64,000 bases of DNA from a virus. Positions 9,578 to 20,040 of this stretch are shown here, in pieces. The notes under the pieces are model-generated. The model ran no database searches. It saw only the letters and a list, made by a program, of their open reading frames with translations, and was not told where the DNA came from. Position 1 is the stretch's first letter. Every line of letters begins with the position of its first letter. The DNA is taken from the IMG/VR virus record IMGVR_UViG_3300027762_000214, positions 7,432 through 71,431 of that record; one strand, 5' to 3'. Both the position numbers and the translations under genes were made by a program.

Positions 9578-9842
9578 GACCGTTAAGTGTGTTTTAATTA
9601 ATGTTGATGTTGTTCTTATTACTGAAGTAGTTGAAATTGATGCTGATATTGGGAGTCCTAACTGTAAATTGATAAATCCATTCTTGTTTAAAAAAGCAGA
9701 CGGTTCTGATGATAATTTTTATTTGGAACCTTGGCCAGATGTTACATATCAAAAGGAAATTATGCTAAGATCTGATGATATTTTAACTATCGCAGATCCA
9801 CTTCCAAAAATTGTTGAAAAGTATTTAGAACTAACTACCTGA
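9570..9842 (+). CDS. Conserved cyanophage hypothetical protein
   Basis: Resembles the previous ORF (LEPW...ILTIADP); coupled to gp43. Confidence 0.7.
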   Translation: MSKTVKCVLINVDVVLITEVVEIDADIGSPNCKLINPFLFKKADGSDDNFYLEPWPDVTYQKEIMLRSDDILTIADPLPKIVEKYLELTT

Positions 9843-12343
9843 TGCGCTTTTATACTAACGTTCAAATGGTCGGGGACAACTTTCTTGTCCGTGGTTATGA
9901 AGATGGTCAACACTTCATGACCCGTGAGAAGTTCAACCCGACTCTTTTTGTCCCTGCCAATAAAAAAACAAAATATCAAACCTTAAGTGGAGAATATGTA
10001 GAATCAGTTCAACCTGGATCTGTTCGTGATTGTAGGGAATTTGTTAAAAAATATGAGAACGTAGAAAACTTTAAAATCTTTGGAAATACTCAATATATCT
10101 ATCAGTATATTTCTGATATGTATTCTGAAGATGAAATTAAATTTGATATTAGTAAAATTAAAGTAACTACTATTGATATTGAGGTTGCTTCTGAAAATGG
10201 ATTCCCTGATGTAGAATCTGCTGCCGAAGAAGTTCTTTTGATTACCGTTCAAGATTATTCCTCAAAACAAATTAACACTTGGGGGAAGGGTCCCTTTCAA
10301 AACAAACAGAAGAATGTAAACTATCGTTCATTCTCAAGTGAGTACGATCTCTTAAACGATTTCATTAATTGGTGGATGATTGAATCCAACACACCAGAAG
10401 TTGTGACTGGATGGAACAGTAAACTGTATGATATTCCTTATCTCGTTCGTAGAATTGATAGGGTTCTTGGTGAAAAACTAATGAAGCGTTTGTCACCTTG
10501 GGGTCTTGTAACTGAAGATGAAACATACATCTCGGGTCGTAAGCACCTTTGTTATGATATTGGTGGAATCTCGCAGTTGGACTATCTTGATCTTTATAAG
10601 AAATTTACTTATAAAGCACAGGAATCTTATCGTCTGGATTATATTGCTGAAGTTGAACTTAAACAGAAAAAACTAGATCACTCTGAGTTTGATACTTTCA
10701 AAGATTTTTATACGAAAGGATGGCAAAAGTTTGTAGAATACAACATCAAGGACGTGGAACTTGTTGACCGTTTGGAAGACAAGATGAAACTAATTGAACT
10801 TGCGCTTACTATGGCATATGACGCCAAGGCAAACTATGAGGATGTATTTTCTCAAGTTCGCATGTGGGATACGATTATCTATAACTACCTGAAGAAAAGG
10901 AATATCGTTATTCCTCCTAAAGAGCGTTCTGATAAAGATTCCAAATATGAGGGTGCTTATGTTAAAGAACCTATTCCTGGAATGTATGAATGGGTTGTGA
11001 GTTTTGACTTGAACTCTCTATATCCACATTTGATTATGCAATACAACATAAGCCCTGAAACTCTTTTAGAAGAAAGGCATCCATCTGTAACTGTGGATAA
11101 GATTCTCAATAAAGATCTTACATTTGAACTGTATAAAGACTATGCAGTTTGTGCGAATGGTGCGATGTATCGTAAAGATGTTCGCGGATTCCTTCCAGAG
11201 TTGATGGAAAAGATTTATAATGAACGTGTAATCTTTAAAAAGAAAATGCTTGCTGCAGAGCAAGCATATGAAAAGACCAAGAGCAAGGAGTTAGTTAAAG
11301 AAATTGCTCGTTGCAACAACATTCAGATGGCACGAAAGATTCAATTGAACTCTGCCTATGGTGCGATTGGTAATCAGTATTTTCGTTATTTTAAACTTGC
11401 AAATGCTGAAGCAATTACTTTATCTGGTCAAGTTTCAATTAACTGGATCATGAATAAGGTAAATGCTTATTTAAACAAAATTCTTAAGAGTACAGATGTT
11501 GATTACGTTATTGCTTCGGATACTGATTCTCTTTACGTTAATATGGGTCCTTTGGTTGAGAGTGTATACAAAGGAAGAGAGAAAACTACTCAAAGCGTTG
11601 TTTCGTTCCTTGATAAGGTCTGTCAGGTGGAATTTGAAAAGTATATTGAAAATTCTTACAAAGAACTGGCGGAATACGTGAATGCTTATGAGCAGAAAAT
11701 GATCATGAAGCGTGAGTGTATTGCTGAACGTGGTATTTGGACTGCAAAGAAGCGATACATTTTAAGTGTGTGGGATAGTGAAGGTGTTCGCTATGAGGAA
11801 TCCAAACTCAAGATTAAGGGTATTGAAGCAATTAAATCTTCCACACCAGCACCTTGCCGTAAGATGTTGAAAGAATCTTTTAATATTTTAATGAGTGGTA
11901 CTGAAGATGACATGATTCATTTTATTGATAAGTGCCGCGAAGAGTTTAAATCTCTTCCTCCAGAACAAATTGCATTTCCTAGAACTGCTTCTGATATTCG
12001 TAAATATTATTCGTCTTCTAATATTTACGCCTCTAAAACTCCAATTCAGGTACGGGGTGCATTGCTTTTTAATCATTACATAAAACAAAAAAATCTTACT
12101 AATAAGTATTCTTTGATTAATAATGGCGAAAAGGTTAAGTTCTTATTTTTGAAAAAACCAAATATCATTCAAGAAAATGTAATTTCTTTTATTCAGCAGT
12201 TTCCTACCGAACTTGGTCTTGACAAATACATTGATTATGAATTACAATTTGAGAAAGCATTCTTGGATCCACTCAAAACAATTTTGAATATTATTGGGTG
12301 GCAAGAAGAAAAAACTATAAATCTTGAATCATTTTTCTTTTAA
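9842..12343 (+). CDS. gp43: DNA polymerase B gp43
   Basis: DIEV exonuclease motif, SFDLNSLYP, KIQLNSAYG and ASDTDS. Confidence 0.98.
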   Translation: MRFYTNVQMVGDNFLVRGYEDGQHFMTREKFNPTLFVPANKKTKYQTLSGEYVESVQPGSVRDCREFVKKYENVENFKIFGNTQYIYQYISDMYSEDEIKFDISKIKVTTIDIEVASENGFPDVESAAEEVLLITVQDYSSKQINTWGKGPFQNKQKNVNYRSFSSEYDLLNDFINWWMIESNTPEVVTGWNSKLYDIPYLVRRIDRVLGEKLMKRLSPWGLVTEDETYISGRKHLCYDIGGISQLDYLDLYKKFTYKAQESYRLDYIAEVELKQKKLDHSEFDTFKDFYTKGWQKFVEYNIKDVELVDRLEDKMKLIELALTMAYDAKANYEDVFSQVRMWDTIIYNYLKKRNIVIPPKERSDKDSKYEGAYVKEPIPGMYEWVVSFDLNSLYPHLIMQYNISPETLLEERHPSVTVDKILNKDLTFELYKDYAVCANGAMYRKDVRGFLPELMEKIYNERVIFKKKMLAAEQAYEKTKSKELVKEIARCNNIQMARKIQLNSAYGAIGNQYFRYFKLANAEAITLSGQVSINWIMNKVNAYLNKILKSTDVDYVIASDTDSLYVNMGPLVESVYKGREKTTQSVVSFLDKVCQVEFEKYIENSYKELAEYVNAYEQKMIMKRECIAERGIWTAKKRYILSVWDSEGVRYEESKLKIKGIEAIKSSTPAPCRKMLKESFNILMSGTEDDMIHFIDKCREEFKSLPPEQIAFPRTASDIRKYYSSSNIYASKTPIQVRGALLFNHYIKQKNLTNKYSLINNGEKVKFLFLKKPNIIQENVISFIQQFPTELGLDKYIDYELQFEKAFLDPLKTILNIIGWQEEKTINLESFFF

Positions 12344-12477
12344 TGAAATTGCCTATTAATCAAAAAGAATTAGAGTATATAATAAACTCATTAAAAAATA
12401 TTAATCCACAACTTTATGCTAAATTGTGGTCATATAAAGTAAATCATTTGAAGGAGAAAAAAAATGGATTTTCTTAA
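12343..12477 (+). CDS. Small hypothetical protein (44 aa, MKLPINQKEL...LYAKLWSYK)
   Basis: TAATG-coupled ORF filling the gp43-uvsX gap. Confidence 0.5.
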   Translation: MKLPINQKELEYIINSLKNINPQLYAKLWSYKVNHLKEKKNGFS

Positions 12478-13471
12478 GGATATTGTGAAAGAAATTGGTG
12501 GCGAGTACACGCAACTTGCTTCTGATATTGATGAGACTGAAACTTATGTTGACACAGGTTCGTACATTTTTAATGCACTGGTTTCAGGTAGCATATTTGG
12601 CGGTGTATCTGGCAACAAGATTACTGCTATTGCTGGAGAGTCTAGTACTGGAAAAACTTTCTTCAGCCTCGCCGTTGTTAAGAATTTTCTTGATACCAAT
12701 CCCGATGGTTATTGCCTCTACTTTGATACTGAAGCTGCTATTACCAAATCTCTCTTAGAATCCCGTGGAATTGATACTTCTCGTCTTGTGGTTGTTAATG
12801 TGGTTACTGTTGAAGAGTTTCGTGGAACGGCGCTCAAGGCAGTAGATATGTATATGAAAAAACCAGAAGCAGAACGCAAACCTTGCATTTTTGTGCTAGA
12901 CTCTCTGGGTATGCTTTCCACAAGTAAGGAGATTAATGATGCTCTGAATGATAAAGAAGTTCGTGACATGACCAAATCACAACTGATTAAAGGTGCATTC
13001 CGTATGCTTACGCTTAAACTGGGTCAAGCAAAAATTCCAATGATCGTGACCAATCACACGTATGATGTCATCGGTGCTTACGTTCCTACTAAAGAGATGG
13101 GTGGTGGTAGTGGACTCAAGTACGCAGCGTCTTCAATCATTTATCTCAGCAAAAAGAAAGAAAAGGATGGAACAGAAGTTGTTGGAAACATTATAAAGGC
13201 AAAGACTGCTAAGTCGCGTTTGAGTAAGGAGAATAAGGATGTAGAGGTTCGTTTGTTTTATGATGAACGAGGTCTGGATAGATATTATGGACTACTTGAA
13301 CTCGGTGAGATTGGTGGACTTTGGAAAAACACCGCAGGACGTTATGAAATTAATGGCAAGAAAATCTACGCTAAACAAATTTTAGCAAATACTGAAGAAT
13401 ACTTCACCGAAGAGGTGATGCAACAACTTGATGATATTGCTAAACGTGAATTCTCTTATGGAACGAATTGA
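12464..13471 (+). CDS. uvsX: UvsX RecA-like recombinase
   Basis: AGESSTGKT, YFDTEAA, VLDSLGML and MGGGSGLKYAAS. Confidence 0.95.
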   Translation: MDFLKDIVKEIGGEYTQLASDIDETETYVDTGSYIFNALVSGSIFGGVSGNKITAIAGESSTGKTFFSLAVVKNFLDTNPDGYCLYFDTEAAITKSLLESRGIDTSRLVVVNVVTVEEFRGTALKAVDMYMKKPEAERKPCIFVLDSLGMLSTSKEINDALNDKEVRDMTKSQLIKGAFRMLTLKLGQAKIPMIVTNHTYDVIGAYVPTKEMGGGSGLKYAASSIIYLSKKKEKDGTEVVGNIIKAKTAKSRLSKENKDVEVRLFYDERGLDRYYGLLELGEIGGLWKNTAGRYEINGKKIYAKQILANTEEYFTEEVMQQLDDIAKREFSYGTN

Positions 13472-14837
13472 ATCGACTATTTTAAAAAATTTAGTATTTA
13501 ATGAAGATTATTCTAGAAAGGTAATACCTTTTATACAACCAGATTATTTTGAAAATAAATCTGAAAAAGTTATTTTTGAAGAGATCACTCAATTCATTAT
13601 AAAATATGGTTCGGCAATTACTGTTGAAGCACTTAATATTGAAGTAGAAAATCGGTCAGATTTGACTGAGGATCAAATTAAAGAAATCAGGGAAATTAAT
13701 AGGAACTTGAGTTATTTCCCTGTAGATAAGCGGTGGTTACTTGATACTACTGAAAGATGGTGTCGTGATCGTGCTATTTACTTGGCACTCATGGAATCAA
13801 TCCATATTGCCGATGGTAACGATTCAAAAAAGAATAGGGATGCTATTCCAAGTATTCTTTCAGATGCTCTTGCAGTTAGTTTTGATAACAATATCGGTCA
13901 CGATTATCTAAACAACTATGAAGAACGATATGAGTATTATCACAGAAAGGAGGATAAAATTGAATTTGATCTTGAGTACTTTAACAAAATTACCAAAGGC
14001 GGTCTCCCTAACAAGACTCTTAATATCGCTCTTGCTGGTACGGGTGTCGGCAAGTCTTTATTCATGTGCCATGTTGCTAGCTCCGTCTTGTTGCAGGGGA
14101 GGAACGTTCTCTACATTACAATGGAAATGGCAGAGGAGAAAATTGCTGAGCGAATTGATGCAAATCTCTTAAACGTTCCCATTCAGCAGTTGGAAGAATT
14201 GCCAAGATCAACCTTTGAGAATAAAGTAACGAATATTGCAAAGAAAACCAGTGGATCACTTATAATTAAGGAGTATCCAACTGCTTCAGCGCATAGTGGA
14301 CATTTCAAGGCACTTCTTAATGAACTTGCACTTAAGAAGTCATTTAAACCTGATATTATTTTCATCGATTACCTTAATATTTGTGCTTCCAGTAGACACA
14401 AAGCAAATAGTTCTGTCAATTCTTATTCTTATATTAAATCAATTGCCGAAGAACTTCGTGGTCTGGCAGTAGAATTCAATGTTCCGATTGTCAGCGCAAC
14501 ACAAACTACTCGGAGTGGTTTTGGATCTTCTGATGTGGAATTGACTGATACTTCCGAATCATTTGGTTTGCCTGCTACTGCCGACCTTATGTTTGCTCTG
14601 ATTAGCACGGAAGAGTTAGAGCAACTTGGTCAAATTATGGTAAAGCAATTGAAAAACCGTTATAATGACCCAACAATCTACAAGAGATTTATTGTTGGGA
14701 TTGACCGTGCTAAAATGCGTCTTTATGATTGTGAGCAGACTGCCCAGAATGACATACTTGACAGTGGGCAGGACGATGAGTATAATGATAATGAAGACAA
14801 AAAACCCAAAAAGTCGTTTGAAGGATTTAAATTTTAA
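13458..14837 (+). CDS. gp41: Replicative DNA helicase gp41
   Basis: LAGTGVGKS, IFIDYLNI, SATQTTRSG and KQLKNRY. Confidence 0.96.
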   Translation: MERIESTILKNLVFNEDYSRKVIPFIQPDYFENKSEKVIFEEITQFIIKYGSAITVEALNIEVENRSDLTEDQIKEIREINRNLSYFPVDKRWLLDTTERWCRDRAIYLALMESIHIADGNDSKKNRDAIPSILSDALAVSFDNNIGHDYLNNYEERYEYYHRKEDKIEFDLEYFNKITKGGLPNKTLNIALAGTGVGKSLFMCHVASSVLLQGRNVLYITMEMAEEKIAERIDANLLNVPIQQLEELPRSTFENKVTNIAKKTSGSLIIKEYPTASAHSGHFKALLNELALKKSFKPDIIFIDYLNICASSRHKANSSVNSYSYIKSIAEELRGLAVEFNVPIVSATQTTRSGFGSSDVELTDTSESFGLPATADLMFALISTEELEQLGQIMVKQLKNRYNDPTIYKRFIVGIDRAKMRLYDCEQTAQNDILDSGQDDEYNDNEDKKPKKSFEGFKF

Positions 14838-15253
14838 TGGAAACTGCTAAACACGTTAATTTTGATAAATATGCTGAGTTTGTAGATGCAGTGACTTCTG
14901 ATGCATCTAAAGACTTTCTTTCTCTCTCTGACCGCCTGGTTGCTCTTGATGAGAAAGGTGCGAATATTGAGCGTCTTCTAACCGCTTCTGTTGGCATCAA
15001 TGCTGAAGGTGGTGAGTTTATGGAAATCGTTAAGAAGATGATTTTCCAGGGAAAACCTTATAATGAGGATAATCGTGAGCACCTGATTATTGAGTTGGGA
15101 GATATTATGTGGTATGTTGCTCAAGCATGTATGGCACTTGATGTAACTCTGGATGATGTTGTTGCCCGTAACGTTCAAAAACTCCTGAAGCGTTATCCTG
15201 AAGGTGCTTTTGATGTTTACTTCTCCGAAAACCGTGCTGCTGATGACCGATGA
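14837..15253 (+). CDS. mazG: MazG-like nucleotide pyrophosphohydrolase
   Basis: AEGGEFMEIVKK and ELGDIMWYVAQ. Confidence 0.92.
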   Translation: METAKHVNFDKYAEFVDAVTSDASKDFLSLSDRLVALDEKGANIERLLTASVGINAEGGEFMEIVKKMIFQGKPYNEDNREHLIIELGDIMWYVAQACMALDVTLDDVVARNVQKLLKRYPEGAFDVYFSENRAADDR

Positions 15254-15432
15254 CTAAAGAAAAGCAAGTAACAATTAAAATGGATATTCGTTCTGCTGCT
15301 GCAGTACGACAAATCCTTTTTGAGTCTCAAAAAGGATACACTTATAATTCAGAAAGTGTTCCTCCTCGTATTTCTGATATTCGCTCGGTAATTTCAGATC
15401 TTGATGATAAGATTAGTACAGTTTTTGGTTAA
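15250..15432 (+). CDS. Hypothetical protein
   Basis: ATGA overlap with mazG. Confidence 0.6.
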   Translation: MTKEKQVTIKMDIRSAAAVRQILFESQKGYTYNSESVPPRISDIRSVISDLDDKISTVFG

Positions 15433-15449
15433 TAATAAATATTTCAAAA

Positions 15450-15851
15450 ATGTCTTTGATTGGAAAAAAAAGGGGAAGACCTATTAGTAGAATTCAGTTT
15501 GATTCTATTTTAAAAAAATTCTTAGTTTTTTTAAAAAGAGAGTTAAAAATTAATTATGATGTTCCAATCATATTAGTTGATGATGCTGATTTTTCAAAAA
15601 AAGTATTGGCATTTGGTGAAATATCAAAAGATAATATGATACATTTAAGTATTATAAATCGTCATCCCATGGACATACTTAGAACACTTGCTCATGAGTA
15701 TGTCCATTATAAGCAAAATATTGAAAATAAAATTCGTAGAAGTGGTCCAGGAAGTCCATCAGAAAATCAAGCAAATGCAAAGGCAGGTGAGATTATGAGA
15801 AAGTATGGACAACTTCATCCAGAGTTATTTGACCTTATGTCTATTAGGTAA
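15450..15851 (+). CDS. Putative zinc metallopeptidase
   Basis: RTLAHEYVHYKQ plus ENQANAKAG; AATAAATA upstream. Confidence 0.65.
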   Translation: MSLIGKKRGRPISRIQFDSILKKFLVFLKRELKINYDVPIILVDDADFSKKVLAFGEISKDNMIHLSIINRHPMDILRTLAHEYVHYKQNIENKIRRSGPGSPSENQANAKAGEIMRKYGQLHPELFDLMSIR

Positions 15852-15866
15852 TATAATTCTTTTATT

Positions 15867-15937
15867 GGGGAATTAGTTAAACGGTATAACGGGTGCTTTG
15901 CAAGCACTTATTAGGAGTTCGATTCTCCTATTCTCCA
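15867..15937 (+). tRNA. tRNA-Ala(TGC)
   Basis: Cloverleaf, acceptor GGGGAAT/ATTCTCC with G3:U70, anticodon loop TT-TGC-AA. Confidence 0.9.
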
Positions 15938-15940
15938 TTT

Positions 15941-16013
15941 GCCCGTGTACTCCAACGGTAGAGAGGGTGGACTTAGAATCCATACAGTGGAAGTTCGAAT
16001 CTTCTCACGGGCA
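15941..16013 (+). tRNA. tRNA-Leu(TAG), short variable region
   Basis: Acceptor GCCCGTG/CACGGGC-A, loop CT-TAG-AA, TTCGAAT T-loop. Confidence 0.85.
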
Positions 16014-16029
16014 CTAAATATTTGAAAAA

Positions 16030-17286
16030 ATGTCAAGAACAAAAGGTAAAGATACTTGGGAAAAATATTATAATAATAAAGATAATATTAGTATTCAAAT
16101 AAAGAAAACTGCACCGTATTATGCAGATGAACTTACAACGAAAGTTGAAGGAAACTTACCATATGATGGAATTGTAATTTATAAAGATGGTTTTTCTAAA
16201 CATATTTCCAGAGGAGGAAATACAAAATTAGCATTTCAATTTAATCCAACTGGTCCAATTTATTATTCTCCGGTTGATAATTTTTATAAACCAGGAATAT
16301 CTTCTGGTTTAAATTTAAGTCCCGAATCTTTTGGGATTGAAAATCAAACTTTTGGTAACAGTGAAATATATTACCAGAAAGTAATAAATTCAATTACAGA
16401 TCGTTGGCAATCTGGTAATTATAGTGGGGAATTGTATGATTATCTTATGGAATTAGTTTCTTATGCAAATGGAGGACCTGGAAGTTTTAGTGGAATAAAA
16501 ACTGATGGTTTTGATTGGGGCACAATCACTAGTTATTTTTCTGAAGTTATTGGACCATTAGTTTGCATTAAAAGAGGAATTTTGTCCGATTTGAGAGTAA
16601 CAAATATTTCTAGTGCAAAAATTTTCATACCATCTTCTTCGGAAGCCTTGTATGACTATAAACTTATTTGTGGTGATCAAGAATATCTAATATCCGCAAA
16701 ATCTGGAAGGGGTGTATCTAATCAGGTTAAACCCCAATTTGTACTTCCCTATGTTGAAAATTATTTAGAAATTCCATTAAAATCTAGGAAGGCATATAAA
16801 CTATTGCAAATATTATCAAATTATTCTATTAAAAAAGGACCCTTTCTTGGGTGGCAATTGTTGCAAAATACTGCAGAGTTAACTGCTGGTGCTATTTCTG
16901 ATATAGAAAAAAACTATGACACAAATATTAAATCATCTAGAGACCAAATAACTAATATTCAACCATGGAAACCTTTTATAAGTAAGTATTTTCCTACTTA
17001 TAAAACTGTCACTTATGGGCAAGTAAGATATAAATGTGAAACTTTAATTCAATCTGCATCTAAAACAGGAATTTTGCATAATGATCTTAAAAAAATATTT
17101 CAGGTATATTTGAACAAATCTAGAATTTCTTATGTAAAAATGAAAGTTTCTATGCCAAACGGAAATCCATCATTTACAAGAATTCAAGATGGTGGAGTTA
17201 AAACGATTAATTATTTGGAATTGAGAAGTTCTAATGATAGTTTGTCTAGAACATCTGATAAAATGGGTTTTGATAAGGTGAGATAA
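16030..17286 (+). CDS. Hypothetical protein, possible restriction-endonuclease-like fold
   Basis: YFSEVIGP...LYDYKL...LISAKS resembles E..D..(S/E)xK; AT-rich. Confidence 0.55.
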   Translation: MSRTKGKDTWEKYYNNKDNISIQIKKTAPYYADELTTKVEGNLPYDGIVIYKDGFSKHISRGGNTKLAFQFNPTGPIYYSPVDNFYKPGISSGLNLSPESFGIENQTFGNSEIYYQKVINSITDRWQSGNYSGELYDYLMELVSYANGGPGSFSGIKTDGFDWGTITSYFSEVIGPLVCIKRGILSDLRVTNISSAKIFIPSSSEALYDYKLICGDQEYLISAKSGRGVSNQVKPQFVLPYVENYLEIPLKSRKAYKLLQILSNYSIKKGPFLGWQLLQNTAELTAGAISDIEKNYDTNIKSSRDQITNIQPWKPFISKYFPTYKTVTYGQVRYKCETLIQSASKTGILHNDLKKIFQVYLNKSRISYVKMKVSMPNGNPSFTRIQDGGVKTINYLELRSSNDSLSRTSDKMGFDKVR

Positions 17287-17341
17287 TCTATTAGAATAAA
17301 TATTTAGTAATTATAGTAAAGATAGAATAATACCGTAAATA

Positions 17342-18652
17342 ATGAAAAACTTCTTTCAGTTTGTGCAAAATATTCAAGAAATGGCATCTCAACAAGCTGC
17401 TAGACTTGGATTTCAGGGAGATGGTAAAGGTGGATGGTATAAACAGGGAGAGTTTGTCGCAAAAACAGAAAAAGGAAGACTCAAGTTTTATAATAAAAGA
17501 CAAACTCTTGGTAAAGATTCTGCTCAAACTGAACTAGAAAAAAATATATCTGATCCTAATTTTCAAGATCCTGCCATTACTCAACAGCAGCAAGTTGTAC
17601 CAACTGGTCAACAGAATGTTTCCCAAGAACCTATTTCGCCAGAAGATCCTGTAGTAAATTATCTTCCAGTAGAAAAAACAAAAGGAACTTTAACTATTGC
17701 TTTTGGTAGATTTAATCCTCCGCATTTAGGACATCAACAATTGATGGATACTGCAGCAGCAGCGGCAGAACAAGATGGTAGTGATTATATAATTGTTCCT
17801 TCACGTAGTCAGGATGAGAAAAAAAATCCATTAGATCCTGATACTAAAATTATGATAATGCGTCAAATGTTTCCTGACCATAGTGAAAGAATTTTAAATG
17901 ATCTCAATACAACAACAATCTTTGATGCTTTAAAGAAAGCGCATAATGATGGATATATGAACGTGAGAATTGTTGGTGGATCGGATAGAGTTAAAGAATT
18001 AGATAAACTATCTAATAACTATAATGGAAATCTTTATCAATTTGATAATATTGAAGTATTATCTGCTGGAGATATAGATCCAGATTCAGATGGATTGGAA
18101 GGTTTATCAACATCAAGAATGCGTCTTGCTGCTGCGGAAGGAGATTTTAAAACTTTTCGTGCTGGTATGCCTCCAGACATGAGACCAAAAGATATAAGAG
18201 CAATTTTTGATACCGTTCGTGCTTCTATGGGAATACAAGATGAGGTAATTGAAGTTTGGAAAATCGCACCTAAGTATGACACACAAACTCTTCGTGAAAA
18301 TTATATTGCAGAAAAAATTTATAACATTGGGGATTTAGTAGAAAACTTAAATACCGGATTGGTTGGACGTATTATTCGTCGTGGGACTAATTATCTTATT
18401 TGTGTAACTGAAGATCATATTATGTTTAAGTCCTGGATTAAAGATGTAACTGAGTCTAAAAAATATACTGAGAAGAAATTGGATAGTATGTATAGAGAAC
18501 CTGGAAAACCAAACACTTTGGCAGGAACTTTGGGGTATTTTAAATATGCTTCTAAACAAACTCCGGGTGCAATAGGAACAAACTCAGAATATCTTCAATC
18601 TGGTGCAAAATCTTACGGTATTGATTTCATAAATAGACATAGAAAAAAATAA
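17342..18652 (+). CDS. Cytidylyltransferase-like (HxGH) nucleotidyltransferase
   Basis: FGRFNPPHLGH, VGGSDRV and STSRMR; AATAAATA upstream. Confidence 0.85.
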   Translation: MKNFFQFVQNIQEMASQQAARLGFQGDGKGGWYKQGEFVAKTEKGRLKFYNKRQTLGKDSAQTELEKNISDPNFQDPAITQQQQVVPTGQQNVSQEPISPEDPVVNYLPVEKTKGTLTIAFGRFNPPHLGHQQLMDTAAAAAEQDGSDYIIVPSRSQDEKKNPLDPDTKIMIMRQMFPDHSERILNDLNTTTIFDALKKAHNDGYMNVRIVGGSDRVKELDKLSNNYNGNLYQFDNIEVLSAGDIDPDSDGLEGLSTSRMRLAAAEGDFKTFRAGMPPDMRPKDIRAIFDTVRASMGIQDEVIEVWKIAPKYDTQTLRENYIAEKIYNIGDLVENLNTGLVGRIIRRGTNYLICVTEDHIMFKSWIKDVTESKKYTEKKLDSMYREPGKPNTLAGTLGYFKYASKQTPGAIGTNSEYLQSGAKSYGIDFINRHRKK

Positions 18653-18671
18653 AGTATTATAAAAATCTCAA

Positions 18672-20006
18672 ATGACTACCACTATTTTTGAAGAAACCCC
18701 TCCTATGGGCGATGCAAAAAGAACTCTTGAGAAGCAAGCAAGACAACTTGCTTATGATATTAGATATGAAATCAAGAAATCTATCGGTGATAAAAAATTA
18801 GATCCAGCATCTCTTAAAAGAGAGTATATGAAAGGTCTTCAAAAATCTTCTCAACCACCAGCAGTTAAAATGAGAGCAAGACAAATGTTATTGGGAGAAG
18901 ACTATACATCTGATATTAAAAATATTGTATCAGAAAATGTTGCAAATGCTCTTTATAAAGTTTTTGTTGAAGGTATAGATGAGGTTAATTCTGAAATAGA
19001 ATTGGATTATTTGAGAGAGCTTGCTGATACTAGAGAAGCAAAATATAAAGTAAGAGTTACAGACAAGAAAACTGGAAATTCATATGTTCGTTATGCAACT
19101 CGTGCAAAAATTTCTGAACTTCGTGCAAATCCAAATATTTCTTCTGTAGAAATGACAGAACATGGTGAACCAAGAGAAGGTGAAAGAAAAAGAGGTGTAG
19201 AAACTGCTACAGTAAAAACTGGCGGCAATGCAAAGAAGGATTATGATGGTGATGGTAACGTGGAAAGTGGTGCTAAAGAATATCGTGGTGCCGTTCATAA
19301 TGCAATTCAACGTAGAAGGGGTGGAGTGGCAGACGGTAAAGATACTTCAAGTGTTAAAGAAGACTTTATAGGTGAAGTAAAAACTACTGAAGATAAAAGG
19401 AATAAAAAGATTACTGGTGAAGGTGTAAATAATTCCAGTATTATTAAATTATTTCCAGATGATAAAACCGCACCATCACGCCATGGAATGGTTGTAGCAA
19501 ATAGTTATGAAGTTGATGGACCTATTTTAACTGAAAGGGCAAAAAGTTCAGCTCAGCAAAAATTTATGGGCATGGTTCTTGCCACTAAACGGGGCAAAAA
19601 GGCATCATCAAAAGAAGTTGCAAAGTCTGCTTCTGAAATGAGTGAAAAGGAAGCAAAAAAATTCGCTAAAACTAAGCATAAAGGTCTTCCAAAACATGTT
19701 GCAAAAGAAGAAAAAGAATGTGGGGGTGATGAAGATCCAAGACAAATGAAGACTAAAAGAGATAAAGTACGAACTGCTCTTGGATTGATGGGAATCAAGG
19801 CTTCTTATGAACCCGAAGGTAAAGTAATCTCAGAAAGAGATGATGAACCAGGTGAAGGACCAAGACAAAGATATGGTGATATGCGTGGTTTAGACCGTAG
19901 TGGACCACCAACATCTTTTGGTGGAAAATGGCAAAGTAAAGAAAGGAAAGCAGCAGGTGCAGACGCTTTAAAAAGAGCTTCATCTTTAGTAAAACCTGCT
20001 GACTGA
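18672..20006 (+). CDS. Charged hypothetical late/virion protein with a DUF3008-like segment
   Basis: AKSSAQQKFMGMV...FAKTKHKGLP segment and a DYDGDG motif. Confidence 0.7.
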   Translation: MTTTIFEETPPMGDAKRTLEKQARQLAYDIRYEIKKSIGDKKLDPASLKREYMKGLQKSSQPPAVKMRARQMLLGEDYTSDIKNIVSENVANALYKVFVEGIDEVNSEIELDYLRELADTREAKYKVRVTDKKTGNSYVRYATRAKISELRANPNISSVEMTEHGEPREGERKRGVETATVKTGGNAKKDYDGDGNVESGAKEYRGAVHNAIQRRRGGVADGKDTSSVKEDFIGEVKTTEDKRNKKITGEGVNNSSIIKLFPDDKTAPSRHGMVVANSYEVDGPILTERAKSSAQQKFMGMVLATKRGKKASSKEVAKSASEMSEKEAKKFAKTKHKGLPKHVAKEEKECGGDEDPRQMKTKRDKVRTALGLMGIKASYEPEGKVISERDDEPGEGPRQRYGDMRGLDRSGPPTSFGGKWQSKERKAAGADALKRASSLVKPAD

Positions 20007-20040
20007 TAAATATTTCAGGATACTCTAAACGGAGGACATC

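Noticed and set aside
15941-16013. TAG anticodon as evidence of amber recoding
   Set aside because: Anticodon UAG reads CUA (Leu), and TAG ends genes normally here (e.g. 39691, 57905).
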